A stretch of DNA of 64,000 nt from Azolla caroliniana (GCA_043228905.1 JBHGNT010000017.1:13020001-13084000); one strand, 5' to 3'. Shown: positions 24,225 through 39,700, counted from the first letter of the stretch. Made by a program: numbers and translations. Notes: generated from the letters alone by a model not told the origin.

Positions 24225-25478
24225 CCAACACTCTCCCCATCTAGGGTGACATACAATCATTGTTTGCCCCTAAAGAAGTAAATTATTTTCCTCCAATGAT
24301 TCTCTTGTGACCAATAATACATGGGTCTTAGATAGGTCTTACGCTGAAGTGTTCAATATGGTGATATAATGGACGTATTTACATTATCTCATTATACAAA
24401 CTAGTATCGATCACTTCCTATTGGAGCTCTTGCATCTATCTCTAACTTCTTGAGGGGGTTCCTTGAAGAAGTACAAGAAGAAAAATAAGACAAAGAGAAA
24501 TGGAGTGGGCTCATCCACCTTGGTCTTGATCTCTTGTCTCAATCCTTCGTTGAGCTCTTCCTCAACTACATGGTTGAGTTTGGATCCTCCTCGATCATTG
24601 GTTCAAGCTTCTCTTTGTTTGGAGGTATTTCCTCTAAGTTCGGGTCATCCACCATGGTCAGGACAATCTCAATCATGCTTTCCTTCTCGACCTCCAACTC
24701 GGTCTTGATCTTTGACTCAACCTTGACTACTTGTGTTTCCCCTTCCTTTATCTTGACCTCCAACTTGGTCCCAACCTCAAACCTAAGGTCTCTATCTCAG
24801 CCTTGGGTTCTTGTGTCTCTTTCCTTGTTTCAAGTTCTTGCCTTGGATTAATTATCATTAACACCTAATAGTAATTATAATAAGATTTTATTACAAGCTC
24901 CTTGGAGAGAGTGAGTAAACTAGGAAATCGAGGAAAGAACAAAACTGAGCAGAAGCTCCTCCATATATAGTCTAAGGATGGCTCTTGGGTTACCCTAGTC
25001 CTTATGCCATGGGGTGAGCGAGACTCTTGGACTTCCCGAGCCGTTATGCCATGAGGTGGTTGTTGGCCTTCCCTAGCGTTGAGCCAAGAATGGTCGTTGA
25101 CGCTAGGCCTTTAGCTAGCCATTAGGGCTAGTCGTGGAGCAGTCCCAAGTGGGACTGCCCCGTTGGGACAAGGTTGTCCCAAGCCATGTTGGACCTGGGA
25201 CTAGGATTGGGATCACGTTTGGGCTTGGGACTGGGTTAAAAACTCAGGTTGGGACTAGTGGTTGAAATGGGATTGTCCCAACCCAAACCCCACGTGGGAC
25301 AGTTGGGCTTGCGTGGCTTGATCCCAACCTTGCTTGTTCCTTCTCATGTTCATGCCAACGCTTGTGCCAATCTTGATCGGTAACTCCATGGCTTTGTGTT
25401 ATCTCGTTTTGGGGTGCCATGGTTCCTCATGACTCACTTTGGGGTTGATTTTGGGGTGGCTGTTTTTAGGGACACAAC
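24225..25478 (-). mobile_element. Highly degenerate LTR-element remnant
   Basis: E/K-rich ORF 24566-24763, gttgggac-rich LTR-like block ending ...cacaaca, PPT-like ctctcccc at ~24231. No diagnostic domain. Confidence 0.3.
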
Positions 25479-25881
25479 ATGTATGTATGTATGTATGTAT
25501 GTATGTACATATATCTCAAGCAGCCCAAGAGCTAGCTAGCTACTTAGGCCTATATATGTACATACATATGTATGTATATATCTCCGAGGCAAACAGAACA
25601 CACCCATTGTCACCCACCAAATAAATTATGTATCAGTATGTATGTATGTATGTACATAAACAATTTGCTCTTATGACTGACTGACTGACTGACTGACTGA
25701 CGGATATATCATCATCATCATCATCATCATCATCATCGACGACACCATCGCTGCTGCGATCGCTGCAGGCACACGCAATTATCACACGAGAGCGTTGCAT
25801 CAGAAGAAGATCAGAAGAAGATCAGAAGAAGAGAAGAGAAGAGAAGAGAAGAGAAGGTGTGCGCATCCGAGCGAGCGAGGC

Positions 25882-28367
25882 ATGGGGGTCTTGATATCGC
25901 GGCTGTGGTTCACCCTCTTCCCTGCCAAGGAGTACAAGATCGTGGTCGTCGGCCTCGATAACGCAGGGAAGACCACGACCCTCTACAAGCTGCACCTCGG
26001 CGAAGTGGTGGTCACCCAGCCCACCGTCGGCAGCAACGTTGAAGAGGTCGTCTTCAAAAACATCAGATTCGAGGTTCCTTTCTCTCCTTCTCTCTGTCTG
26101 TCTGTCTGTCTGTCTGCCTGCCTGTACTTCCTACATATATTTGCGTGTTATGTATACGCATGTTTGCATGCATGCATGTCTCTCATCATTCTCATGCATT
26201 GCATCCTTAATTCTACCTGGGGGAATATAGGTATCTGTTAGATCTGGGAGTTGTCACACCTCACCATCCTTGTACAACGGGTGTCATATTATTAACATCT
26301 CATTTTCCATCACTACGGTCCTTGTACAGTTTTTTCTGTAAAGTTTCTGATAACAGATGCTACATATATGACTTGTCTCTCGTTGGCTAAATTTGGCACT
26401 TGATAAACCTTAAAAAGTCTTTCTTTCTTTCTTTCTCATGACACTGATTTATTTTTTGATTGTTTCTATTCTGCTATGTTGTAAATATTCTACCTACGTA
26501 AATGCATTCTTTTGCTAAAACATTATATGTTTAGGAATATGTATATATCTGTCCATGATAGATTTACACTTCAGAAGAGGTGCCCTCCAAAGATCTATTA
26601 AAACTTCCTTGTGGTATGCCTTATGGCTCTTACAATCTAGTGATCAAATTCTTAGGACACCGCTACTTTCATTGTATTCTTTTTTCTTCCCCCCTCTTCT
26701 CTTTGTGGTAAAACCACTTGGCTGCCAAGGCTAATAGGTCTTGGAGTAGTAAAACACCAATCAAACCACCAATGAGCAAAGAAATACATCCACAGGATTT
26801 TGGACTGACTAAGACTGAATTCATGTTGATGAAATTTGAATGCTCCTGAAAAATGAAAACCTGGTTGCTTTTTTGGTATTTATTTTGTTTTAAGTCAATT
26901 TCGACAACTAGAACTTGCATGTAGAGCTTCCAAGGTACTCTTCACTAAGAATGGTAACTTTGGAACCCACAGTTTTCGACGTTCTAAAATGACTCTTTGC
27001 CTAGCTTTAGATCGGAATTTTGAGTTCTACATCAAATATGGTTTGTTTGATTAAGGCAGGTCTTGCTCATGATGCCAAGTTTCAACTCTTCAAAAGAGAA
27101 GCACTTTCCACAAAATTGTGCAAGAGCATAGACCTAAGAAACTACGAACATCTTGAACTATTTTCAAATCTGGAGATGAATTTATTGCCTCACTACCAAA
27201 GTTCTACTTTTATTGTGTGCAAAAGTATGGTGTATTTATTATCATCTTACATGCTAAATATGGTGAAAATATCCCAAACTTCAAGATTGAATAGATTATA
27301 ACAATTAAGATTAATTAGAACGAGGAAAAAGAGTTAGAGATGAGAAAAAACTAGAGAAACAAAAATGATGACTATTAGCTCTAAAACTATATTGGAGTTC
27401 TATCTCAAAAGATGTTTGTTTGCCAAGTGTGATCTCGTGAAACAAAGTTAGCCCCTTGATGTTTCCACTCCTAACATTTATGTTAATTTATGTATGACCT
27501 AACCTAAAGTGATTTTGAGACACAATTCAATTGGATGCACACTTCTATGGACACATTGGAACCCCATGGTAATGGACTGATTATATACCTGTTCTGGGCT
27601 AAGTTATGTGTTCAAACATGAGAACCATGTTGATGCTCTCAATTGCTACACATTGATGATGCAATATCTTCTTGGCCAATTTCAAGACCCCCCAGTGAAC
27701 AAGTAAATGAAAGAAAGAGGAAAAGTTAGTAAATAATGTTATAAGAGTACATCTCTTGGTGACACATACTTTCTCATATCAGCAAGAGATTGAGAACATA
27801 TTAAGGCGTATATCCATGGGATAGGATGTGGTAGATATGTAAGTGAGCATGAGATGTATAACCGTTAGACTTTTGATGTTCAATCTACGATGACATTCAA
27901 AAATGCTTGGAATGACAATTCTCTTTAGAGAGGGGTTTGGACCTTTTGATAAAACTCTCTCTCTCTCTCTCTTGCTCTCTCTCTCTCTCTCTAACCCCAT
28001 CACTCCTACTGCTATTTGTCATGCACTTAGGCTCCGGCCTCATGGACCACGACCGCAGCACCCTTGTCATCGACAGATAAAGGCCATTATCTCCCACCAT
28101 TGCAGGTGCTTCCTTTGCTTTGGAGACCTCTCCATTCTGGATTGACCTAGGCTAGAGATATTTCCAAGACAAAAGTTGCAATATATCTAACTTGAGAAAA
28201 CCAGATTCCCTTGTCTCTTTTTATCTTATTTACTTTTATATTTACTGAGTAATACTTCTTTTATTTTGGTTTGTTGTTCTCAAGGCGAGAGAACTTAAGA
28301 TGTAATCTCTTGTTTGGTCTTATAGGCCATTTTGGCCTCTTAAAAGACGTTAAAATATCTTTCTCTT

Positions 28368-28406
<39 letters not shown>

Positions 28407-30830
28407 TGTCCAATATGAACACCCCATTTCGTTGGTATCTATACTTGCATTGCTACCCATATCTGTAACTCCATCCCCCCAAAGATGTTCTCCGTCTCCT
28501 CTCGATTCAATCTTCTTTTTTGTTGTTTGTAGTCCACCCTAAAAGTATGTTGCTGCTGTGTATATAAGAAAACTGTATCTTATTTTCCTTTTGCTGAAAG
28601 TGTTTTCTTGCAGGAGGATTCAATCTAAATGAAATTGAAATTGTGTGTTTAACATGTGCATTAGGTAGCTCAGGTAACTAATAGCTGTCCTCTCATTAAC
28701 CGTTTCATATTTTTCATTTCCATTCTTCCTTTTGCTATCTTTTGTACTATATTATGCCATGTATGAGACAATAGTAGGGCGTTTGCAGACATCAGAGGGT
28801 TTTATTAGACTAGGGGTACAAGGAACAATCTCCACTCTTAACTCTTTTCAGATTGTATATCGATGAGACCACAAAGAATGGAATTTTGCATAAAGCCAAG
28901 TTGGCTTTCACTGGTATGTAATATTGTATCTTTTTGGGCTTGACGATAATAGGCAAGTAATAGTGAAGTATGTAGACTTGTAAATGTATATAAGGGTTAG
29001 TGTTTGGCATTGTTTGTGAGGTCCGTCTTTTCGATGAGAGGAATATAAAAGACTAGGGGATTTCATAGCATGCTATGGTTTACACATCTGCTATAAAAGA
29101 CTAAATATATGTTGGCACAGTCTAGATTAAGATGGTTTTATGTTAGGTGGAAATGGATGGAAGGTATTTTATGGCCATGAACACCATGGGGGTTTTGGTT
29201 AAGGCCTACGTATCATGTGAGATGGACTGCATTGGAGGCTTTTACAGGCTTTTACAATATCAGTACTCCATGGATACACTATCTGCTACTTTGGCTTACT
29301 GTGTCGAGACAATATTCTTCTAGATATCATGAAGTGTGAGAGACCCTTGCAGAAGCATATCTAAGAACTCATGATGAGATTAGGTGTTTCTCTATATCGG
29401 GTCATGGATTAATGGATCAGTGATGCTTGTATCTTTATCCATGGACTCAGTTAACCGTGAGACTATCTTTAGGATAAGAGTGACTGAATGTAGTTCTAAA
29501 GAGGCAGATTAAGACTTTTACAGAGCAAACATCAACATTATTAGCATCACCTCTCAGGCGTTGAGTGGCTTTGGGAGCATCATTGTGTGCCATCATGTGT
29601 CGTTCCAGACCACTCAGTATGGGGAACCTTAATCCCACAAGGCAATAACCCCAAGGGTTTGTAAATTCTTTGTATGATTGTGCTTGCTAGTACATTGTTC
29701 CCAATTGATGAGTAGGCCTCCACTCTTTTCTAGGCTACTCTTTTCCAGTTGATTTGGATGAGATATTGGAGGTACATTACTGTTTTTTCAAATCTGATCA
29801 GATTTCACATGGATGTAACTTGTGTCAGAGGGTCATTGTAAAGACATTGAATTGAATTGAATTCTCTTACACAATTTGCAGGCCCGGAATATATATGCTA
29901 ATGTGTAGACATCTCGTTGCTATAAGTTTACCATGCTATGCTTTTAACCTCAATTTCCCATCCATGCTTGGTGAATCCAAAGTACCTCAGTTCACCACTG
30001 ATGACAGAAGTAGGGGTGTGATACAATCTATCTAGTAAATGTATATATGCATGGAAATATACACCATCCACTTTCTTGTAATGTGGATTTTCATGTTACA
30101 TGTCTCTATTTTTTACTTTATTCTTTAATTCATTAATGGATCTTTCTCCCATTCACTCAACTCAAATATTCTTAGGTTTGTAAGGTCAGACTATTGTGCT
30201 ATCATAAAGGTATATCAAGAGATACCATCCTCGGTGTTAGCATATTTAAGTACACACATGTGTATACGTACCAGATATGTAATACTTTCACTTAGAAAAA
30301 AGGTCAGATCTATTTACAAAAAGGTAGTAACTTCAGTTTTATATTTAGGTATTGACACAAATGTCTGTGTAACACTCAGCCTAAGGTATAAGAAGTGCTG
30401 AATAGGGTCAGCGTATTGCATGTATTTCGTTTCTTACATTGATTTTGCATTCACAAATGGCCAGGTATGGGATCTAGGAGGTCAGGACAGTCTCAGACCA
30501 TCATGGACGACTTATTATAGGGGTACACATGCAGTAATAATGGTCGTTGACAGCACAGATCGGGCAAGGATTGGTCTCGTAAAGGATGAACTTTTTCCAT
30601 TGTTGCAGCATGAAGAACTCCGGCAAGCTGTTGTGCTTGTTTTTGCCAATAAACAAGACTTGAAAGGTGCAATGACAGCTGCTGAAATTAGTGACGCACT
30701 CTCACTTCATAGTATAAAACATCATGATTGGCATATCCAAGCTAGTTGCGCTTTAACTGGGGAAGGTCTATACGATGGTCTGGGATGGATTGCACAACAT
30801 GTCTCTGGACAAAAGAGTGGAAGTTCGTAA
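25882..30830 (+). CDS. ARL5: ADP-ribosylation factor-like GTPase (ARL5 / ARFC1 type), exons 25882-26073 and 30465-30830, 185 aa
   Basis: MG start, [19 protein letters not shown]|V-WDLGGQ joined by a phase-0 GT..AG intron of 4.4 kb, [13 protein letters not shown]. Confidence 0.93.
27992..28404 (+). mobile_element. 5'-truncated LINE 3' end in the ARL5 intron, between two (CT)n tracts
   Basis: atgtaat..tttggtcttataggccattttggcct plus a (CT)n tail matches the LINE 3' end at 59015-59100. Confidence 0.6.
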
Positions 30831-32126
30831 TTTGTTTGGAGCAGAAATAGCTAAATTGTTCTACAAATAACTTTCAAGTTTGAAATGGTTGATGGTAAAG
30901 AGAGATCCGATGATTATGGTCAAGAAGCGTTCAATAACCGTTGGACTTTTACATGATTAGTGCTTTGTTTAGTTGTATCATTAAATAGTTCAAGCACATT
31001 AACTTATTTGTATGCATAAATTTGGACATGTATACAGTTAGTATTACTTTTGAGTTGTCTTGTCTTCTTGCATGCACATGCAACATATATCAATGTGTTG
31101 TCATCTCTTCTTGTTATACGTTGACGTGTATAACTTATCTCTCACTTTCGTGGCACACACCAAACCCAACTCAAAAGCAATGAAAGGGTCAATTTTGAAA
31201 GCTAGATTGTAATCACCTTTGGGGATGATTAATTCACTATTGAGTTATTGACTACGGATCGATTCCATAATATTTGCTTGCCATAACTCCTTCAAACGCA
31301 AAAGTCTCCACACTATCGTTTCATGAATAATTGTATCGTGCGAACTCAATTATATTGATCTTACTAGTGTTGAATTTGATCCATCATGTAGTGCTCAATA
31401 TTGACCATGGGACTATCAATATAATCAATAGTAAATGCTCTTCCAAGTTGATCCTCAAATATAAGGAGTATTAGACATGTGATGGTTATTCATAGTGTGC
31501 ACCTATATAATATATTCACCTTATGAATCTTAGCATTTGGAAAAGTTCATGTACTAATGGACATATGATTAATGTACCTAGAAGTCTTAAGTGGTATTCC
31601 ATGGATTGCTCATTCCTATTTGTTGCATCATCTTGGTTATCAACATTTGTTGTGCGATAAGTAATATTATCAAGTATGGAGTTATGCTCATATTGAAAGG
31701 AGAGCATCAATCGCTCTTGACTCGCTACCTTCGGTAACCCAAATCTTGTGAACTCCTATTCACCTCTATTAACAAGGTTAATCTCAATAAGAAGCTCTCT
31801 AATAACATGACAAGCTTTATTATCAAATATGTATGACACTTAACAAAGAGATTACTCACACAAGTATTGACCATGCCTCAATAAGTAAACGCAGATGCCA
31901 CACATACAATAGGAAGGAGTGACTAGGGCTTGGCTTCGTACAATCCATAAGCATGGGTTAAAAAAGTGCTTTAATATAATCCCTAAGGTTCTCATACAAT
32001 CCATAAAAATGTTAAAAAGTATCTTCTTTGTATTTGTTTTTCTTCATGGTCATGAGTGCATTTTCCATATAAACGAAAACCTTTATAAAACTACGTGCAT
32101 ATAAAGGAGCATATTCCCTTTTGCTT

Positions 32127-32298
32127 TTGTATCATCTTGTTTCCATGAGGATTCTTGCTTCTCGTGTCATCGAATGAAATGTTTTATCAACATCAAACAA
32201 TTGTTATGGTTACATGGCAATTCTTGTATCATCTTGTTTCCATGGCGCTTCTTGCTCCTTGTGTCGTCAAATGAAATGTTTTGTCAACATCAAACAAT
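32127..32298. repeat. Two-copy direct duplication (~75 bp, period ~97)
   Basis: ttgtatcatcttgtttccatg...aatgaaatgtttt(a/g)tcaacatcaaacaat occurs twice. Confidence 0.7.
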
Positions 32299-33247
32299 AG
32301 CTGCAATTACAAGTTGGAACCCACTTGATATTAGGCCGTTTTGCGCCAAAACAACACAACTAATCTTGTATGATTAACATGGATTGAAATTTATTCATCA
32401 TTTTTCTTTTATTCTTTATTCACTACGGAATCTTCTGTACAAATGCTTGAGTTGCATAACATTGTGATCAACATGAAAGATTGTTTTAAGAAGAGCAAGA
32501 CTTTTTATAAAAAATTTCCATTGCTACCATTGTATGATATGATGATGGATCCATGAACAAGGAGAGTGGAAGAAAAAAAGATTGGTAACCCTCTCTCTAT
32601 ATCTTGATTTCATGGATGGTTCCCACATGACTAACCATGCAATTTTTTATCAGGTCTATCTCTTTCCTTAATTTGATACAGAGGGACATGTATGAGCTTG
32701 TAATGTTATCCCTTTGATGTGGTGGTACAATGCGCCCCAAGAGAATTATTAAGATATTAGGGTCCCTCTCTCGTAAATGCTGTTGATAATTAAATATGTT
32801 GATTGTGCAAGACACAATCAATGATTGTGAGGGGGAGGGATTTACCAAAAATCATGCCATGCCTAGGCATGTCCCCATCTAGTGTGAGTGTCCCAACCCA
32901 ACACACAAAGACACCCCACCCCACCCCTAAAGGCTTTTGTGAAATTCTGGGAATACCCTTCTTTTCAAGTTCACGGAAAGCTCTCTCTCTCTCTCTCTCT
33001 CGCTCTCTCTCTCTTTTTGGTAAAAGCATACAATTATATTAACTGTTCTCTCTCTCTCTCTCTCATCGTAATTAATTATCTTATCTTACCCTAGTGGTAA
33101 GTTGTTACAATACACAACCACAAGCACTACACAACGTATTGGGTACGAAACCCAATTTTGTGACCTCGCTATTACATACATACTTCATACATATCTCTTA
33201 ATTCACTAGATGCCACTGTGGAATGTAGGGGTCGAACCCATGACCTC

Positions 33248-33288
<41 letters not shown>

Positions 33289-33448
33289 CACACACATACA
33301 CACATAACACACATATGTATTGATTGATTGATTGCTATATTGCTTCTGCTGCCTGCACGTTTTCTTGCAAATAGGGAATAAAATATGTACATATGTACAT
33401 ACATACATATATATACATACATGATACATATATGTATAGCGAGAGAGC

Positions 33449-33480
<32 letters not shown>

Positions 33481-33648
33481 GCGCCTGCCCCTGCCTCCGT
33501 CTCTCATCAGAAAAAAGAAAGCTGCAATCTCCTCCCTCAATCTACTACCGTATTTGTGAGCAAAGGAGATGCTCCCGTAGTCCCCCTATGGTCGGGCTCA
33601 TCTTTTCATCCTCTGTAATCAAGATACTGAATTTGAAGAACGCATTTC

Positions 33649-33710
33649 TAGGGTTTCAGACTACCACGATCTTTTAGGGTTTCTAGCACTATATTGTGCT
33701 TTTAGGGTTT
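33649..33710 (+). promoter_or_regulatory. Three telo-box motifs (TAGGGTTT) in the WDR26 leader
   Basis: tagggttt at ~33649, ~33675 and ~33703, just upstream of the ATG at 33776. Confidence 0.5.
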
Positions 33711-33775
33711 CTTCTTCCTGTTTCTCTCCCCCACTCTCTCTCTTTTACACTCACATGGCATAGCTGTGACTTTTG

Positions 33776-36700
33776 ATGGGAGGAATAGATGACACCACTC
33801 CCCCACCATTAAAACGTCAAAAGGTTATGTCAGAATCATCGTCATTAAATCCATCACGAATTTCTCCCATTTGTTTGAGTATGCTCCCTATTAACGAAGA
33901 AGAAATCAACGGTAAAAACACTGAATCTGATGTAAACGTTGGGCCCAATGGTCTTCTCAGGAGGACAGAAATGGTGAGAATCATCACTCAATCTCTATAT
34001 GCATTAGGCTACAAGAGATCGGCTCATCTTTTGGAGGATGAATCGGGTATTCCTCTTCAATCTTATCTCGTTTCGGAGCTCAGAGAACAGATCTTGGATG
34101 GGAAATGGGATGAGAGCATTGCAAATATTCGCCTTTTGCTTCTTGATCCCTCAAGCTTTGACTCTGCCACATGTCTTATACTTCAACAAAAGTTCTTCGA
34201 GCAACTCCGAATGAATGATATCATGGAGGCTTTGAAAACACTGCGTTTGGAGATCTCTCCTTTAAATATTAAGAAAGAAAGGTTGCACCAATTGGCTTCT
34301 TGCTTAATTTGTCCAGATAAGATGGAGGCTCTTTCACCGTCATCATTATCTAATGGAAAATATGGTAAATTTTGTACAAATCCTCGAGAAAGGTTGTTGC
34401 ATGAACTTCAACAATTCGTGTCACCCTCTGTCATGATTCCGGAGAGGAGGCTAGAAAATCTTCTTGAGCAAGCTTTGATCATGCAAAGAAAAGCATGCGT
34501 TTTTCATAATTCTATGGAGCAACCATTGTCACTCTACTACGACCACAAATGTGGAAGAGATCAAATTCCAAATCGAACCGTTCAGGTATTCATCCAGTGT
34601 TTTGCCTTCATTTGCTAATCTTATGTGTTAGTGTTTTTTGGCTAACTTGTTGGATATTTACCAAAACACCCCTAAGTTTTCAATACCACCAGAATATGTC
34701 TATATGGTTTTAAATTTTGTACTGCATAAAGATATTCTCGAAATATTTGAGAACTTAAGGTAATCTAGTAAATATACAAACAGGTTAGGGGTATTTTGAT
34801 GTTTATTGCTACAACTGCTATTTATTATTTATGGTCACTTTGTAATAGTAGCTCTAACCGACCTGCCATTGTTTCTTTTGACTATATTATGTGATCGACT
34901 TTTAATATTTAATGTTATTCAATATGTCCTTTGTGAACGTTCATGGTGTTGGGTAAAAAAATTGAAATTTGAATAAGGTTGGAGAAATTATCTCAGTCTT
35001 GAAGTACCTTAAAGGTTAATGCCTTTTGTGTTCTGAATACAAGAAGTCTAAAACTTTGTGTCTTCTCACATTACTACTCTATAAACTAATTAGATCTTGG
35101 GGATTTGGGGCCGAGGATTGATCTTATATTTTTGAAGGAATCCATAGACATGAAGTGGCGAAGAAATCCATAGACATTTAGATGAACTTCTTAATTAGAG
35201 TAGATTGATGCCTATATTTGTCTTGCTTTATCCTTTTTTATATAAATCAGTCAATTAGTTTTTTCTATTTCTCTGTCTGTCTCTCTCTTTCATACTCACA
35301 CATTCACTCACCCTTCCCAAGTAAAGCAAGATTACCATGCCATATAAAGGTTTTTATATATTTTTAACATTTTAATATGAATGATGGAAGCTCTATGTGC
35401 AAAATGTAACATAAGACATCGATAACAGAGTGTATGCTGGAAGAAGTATTGTTTGGACATGTGAAAAAGTGTTGGAGCACATAGTTGGTATCTAAAATCT
35501 CATATATTCCTCCACTGTAATTATTTTAACGTATGAAAGATTCCATAAGGCACGCTTGTGTGTAACTTGGAATAGATTCCAAGTAAGCTTGCCTTTTGGA
35601 CACGTGACTATGGTGCATTAATATATAACTTATGCTACATTTTTCCTTCAAGACTTCAAGCTTCCAGTATAATTCTGGTCGACCTATATGTACCTTATAA
35701 TAGCTGATTTTAGCTCCCTTTGGTTGAGCTCAATTATCATATTACTGAGTCTGGCCTTGATGAACAAATGTAACATACCTAAACACACAGGACACTGATA
35801 CACAATTGGTAAGGTTGAATAGTTTGAACAGGCATACCATGTTATCGTTAAAGATGTAAACTCAGAGATCCCACACAGGTCAATGATACAGTAGATGCAT
35901 GGGTAACTTTGTGACATGACTTCTGATAGGTTTTGGGCTACTGTGGAGTGTTGTGTTTGGAGGTGGACCTTATATAAAGGGAAGTACCGTCTTGCAAATT
36001 ATCGAAGGACAACTTGTCCATATATTTCTATATTAAAGAGCAGTAAAGGAAATGAGATAACTTCTAATGTTTGAGATTTATTTAGGTCTTCAAACTCAAA
36101 TTCATGTGCTTTCTTAAAAATGCTTCATGTTAAATCAAGAATTAGATTCTAAGTCGTCAATTCATGTCAAAATCTCAGGTTTTGCAAGCTCATGCAAATG
36201 AGGTCTGGTTTTTGCAATTCTCTCATGATGGGAGATACCTGGCCTCTGCATCAAAAGATTGCACGGCAATTATTTGGGAGGTATGAAAGAAACTATGCTT
36301 TGTAGTAATGTGATTTACTTGAGAAGTTGTAATGGAATGATGGAAATTTTGCCCTTCACTCCTTTTGATAGCTGTATTATCTTAAAAGAACAAATCTTCC
36401 AAAGGAAATGTCTCTCTTCCAGGATTATATCAATTAATCCTTTGAAAAGTGATGTTCCAATATTTGAAATTGGTGGTTCTCTTAGAGAACATCAGCATAA
36501 TTTGAATCCTCCAATGCTAGAAGTTGTGCTAATCAGAAAATTGTTGTGAGGTTTCACTTATGATGTTGAACAGTAGTGCCTTAACATATACCAGATCATA
36601 CAATGATTTCAGTGACCTTGATTATTGACAGTCTTGGAAATCTGGCAGTCCCGACAATCTGGTAGCCATAACCAAAATATCAAGATAAGCTTGATCTTCA

Positions 36701-39700
36701 TAGATATTACCAGAACATGAAAGTCCTTCAACTATAGACATGTGACTGGGTCTCCAGACTTATATAATGAAAATCAAACTCAAGGAATGACCTTAGAACA
36801 ATCAAGATTTGCAGAGCATGTTGCCTATGCCCTAGGAGGAGTCCTATCTAGACAGGGAAGCAAATCTATGATATTCTTTGGATTCTGGAATAACATTCAT
36901 TGTAAATGGCTGGAACAGTTGGAAATAATGAGGAACGGGCTGGAAAAGAGATGAATATTATGATGTCGTAAAGTTCATAATTTTGACCAGGGTATCTATC
37001 ATCTTAGTTATATAGACAAGGTAAGCTTGTTTCAAGAGTTACACTTCATGAAAGGTTTGCATTTTTTCCAAACATTTCCTCTCACCTCACCCAATTGTAG
37101 ATTGACATTCCCCTTCATGTTTGCAGAATAATGCTGCATTCCATTTCGATGCAATTATGACTTGAGCTTGCCTTTCACGATAATCTATGCTAGATCCTTG
37201 TGATTTGAGCCTTGAGCTACGTGCCACTTATTGTAAAGCATTGCCTCCATGCAGATTAAGAGTAGTAGTGCTAGGATGAGCAAAGTTGTATCTAGATGTA
37301 GAATGCTGTAGGTCAGGTTTTTGTGATATATTCCATAAGGTTGTGATTCATAGAATGTGAATATACCCATCAACTAAATGGATTATATAGCTGATTATAA
37401 TCATCGTGGAATGTGTACAGTATGATAAACTCTATTGTCAGAGACTCACAGATATACTGGCTTCTGCTATGTCCTGCATGAAGAATGCATCAATATGGTC
37501 ACCTCATTACATAATTATAGATTAACTACATCCCCCCCCCCCCCACTTCTTGATTTTGTATGCAATTAATCCTGAATCGTGTACCAATAATTTCTTTTAC
37601 TCTTATGTCCAATATGAAAAATATTATATGATTGAAGCTTCCTATTGATACACTCCTAATGTTTTGTGTGATATGATCAAACAGTTCAATCAAATTTGAC
37701 TCTATTTTCTTTTGCAACTGTCTCAAGTAAAATGTGATCATTGTGTACTTTCATTTTGCAATTTCCTATGTAACTTCAAGTTAAAACTTTAAAATTATTA
37801 CCAATGATTCAAAGGAATATTACAAATTTAATACTTCGCAAATTTAAGAATGACATATGTTTCTAATTATCATGTAAATGCGTGTATGCCCTATGTCGAT
37901 GCATCATGTAAAATTGTATTAATATACATATGATGCATGTCTCATAGAAATGTGTAAAGTTTGAAAATACACAGAGTTCATGTAATTTCTAAAAATGTTA
38001 AGTTAAAACATTGAAATTTGTGAGGGAATGGGACAGGGAAGTAGAGGAAAAATTCACAGAACTCATGGAAAACATAAAACCGGTTTAAGTTGTCATTGAC
38101 ACCAAAATCGAAATTCGTGTCTTTATATCATTTTATCAGTTTCACTTTGTTAGGAATCTAGTGATAGTTTTAAATGACTTGGAATATAATAACGGCTTGT
38201 GATATGAATCACATGCTTTGCTTGTTTCTTTTCCTGGGTGATCTATCATTGAAGACATAATGTATATGGTAATGTTTGCTTAATCTTCTTTTGTATGAAC
38301 TAGTGAATATCTTACTTGTGTTACCAGATGCTGAATGCCCATCACTTTAAATTAACTGCATTCTTTGATCTTGTGCTTCAGTTATATGCTGTCTCTATGC
38401 TGATTTTACTTGCTGTAGTACTCTTTCATTCTCTGCTGTAAATGGGTTTTCTGTGGACAGGTTGTCGAGAATGGTAATGTGAAATTGAAGTACACTTTAA
38501 CAGGCCATCAAAAAGAGGTATCTTTTGTTGCGTGGAGTCCAGATGATCGAATGATTCTTACTTGTGGCAGTGAGGAATTATTAAAACTTTGGGATGTTGA
38601 ATCTGGCGATTGTAAGCAGACTTTTGGGAAGTTGAATTGTACTTTCACTGCATGTGCTTGGTTTCCAGATGGAATGAACTTCATATCTGGAGGGGTGGAT
38701 AAATGCATATATATATGGGATATTGAAGGCAAAGAAGTAGATTCATGGAAGGGGCCTCGAATTCCACGTGTCATTGATTTGACAGTGTCTCCGGATGGGA
38801 AACATATGATCTGCATTGCTGACAAAGAAATCAGGATGTATAACTTAGAAACTAAAGCAGAAAGGGTAATTGACGAAGTGGAACGTATCACTTCTCTCTC
38901 TGTGTCGAAAGATGGAAGCTCTTTACTCGTGAATTTGACAAACCAGGAAATCCACCTTTGGGATATTAAGGATGATGCTAAGCTTTTGTTCAAGTACAAA
39001 GGGCACCGTCAGACACGCTATGTGATCAGATCTTGCTTTGGAGGGTTTGACCAAGCTTTCATCGTGAGTGGGAGCGAAGATTCTCAGGTTCACACTCTTT
39101 ACAATATTTTTATTTGCCCCACCTACTAGAATTGAAAATAACACCCCAAATTCATTTGGCTATTGATGAAAGTACCCCTCAGCTCTCAAAAATATACACT
39201 AGTTATACAATATAATTTCTTGGGATCTTAGGGGTATTCTAGTAAAAACCCAACAGTGTTTTTCTCAATTGTGAATAATGTAGAGGGGTTTTGCAACTCC
39301 CTGTCAAAAGGAAGCAAATGCAAACTATGATCTTGGCTGCATTCATTTTCAATAAATGTTGCATTTTGCACTATGTGGTGCTTTTGAATGTGCTTTCAAT
39401 GTGTACCTACTGCTCATACATACATATAAAGCTATTACTTTCCAAGTGATAATATGTATTTGGTGGATTTGCAGGTGTACATATGGCATCGTGGCAATGG
39501 AGAGATTTTAGAAGTGCTTCCTGGCCATTCAGGGACAGTGAATTGTGTCAGCTGGAACCCAAAGGATCCTTATATGTTTGCATCAGCTAGCGATGACCAC
39601 ACTATTAGAATATGGGGTGTGATTAAACATGCCCAAAAACAGAAAGATACAAGTAATAGCAATGGGGTAGTACATTCAGCTAATGGAGGGTCTCTAGCCC

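Noticed and set aside
25795-26241. 148-aa ORF as the complete ARF protein
   Set aside because: Reads through the 5' UTR and into intron 1; the real CDS starts at 25882 and splices at 26073.
35600-35920. Cys-containing minus-strand ORF in the WDR26 intron, and similar scraps at 27300-27950
   Set aside because: Possibly very old LINE C-terminal remnants, but too degenerate to call.
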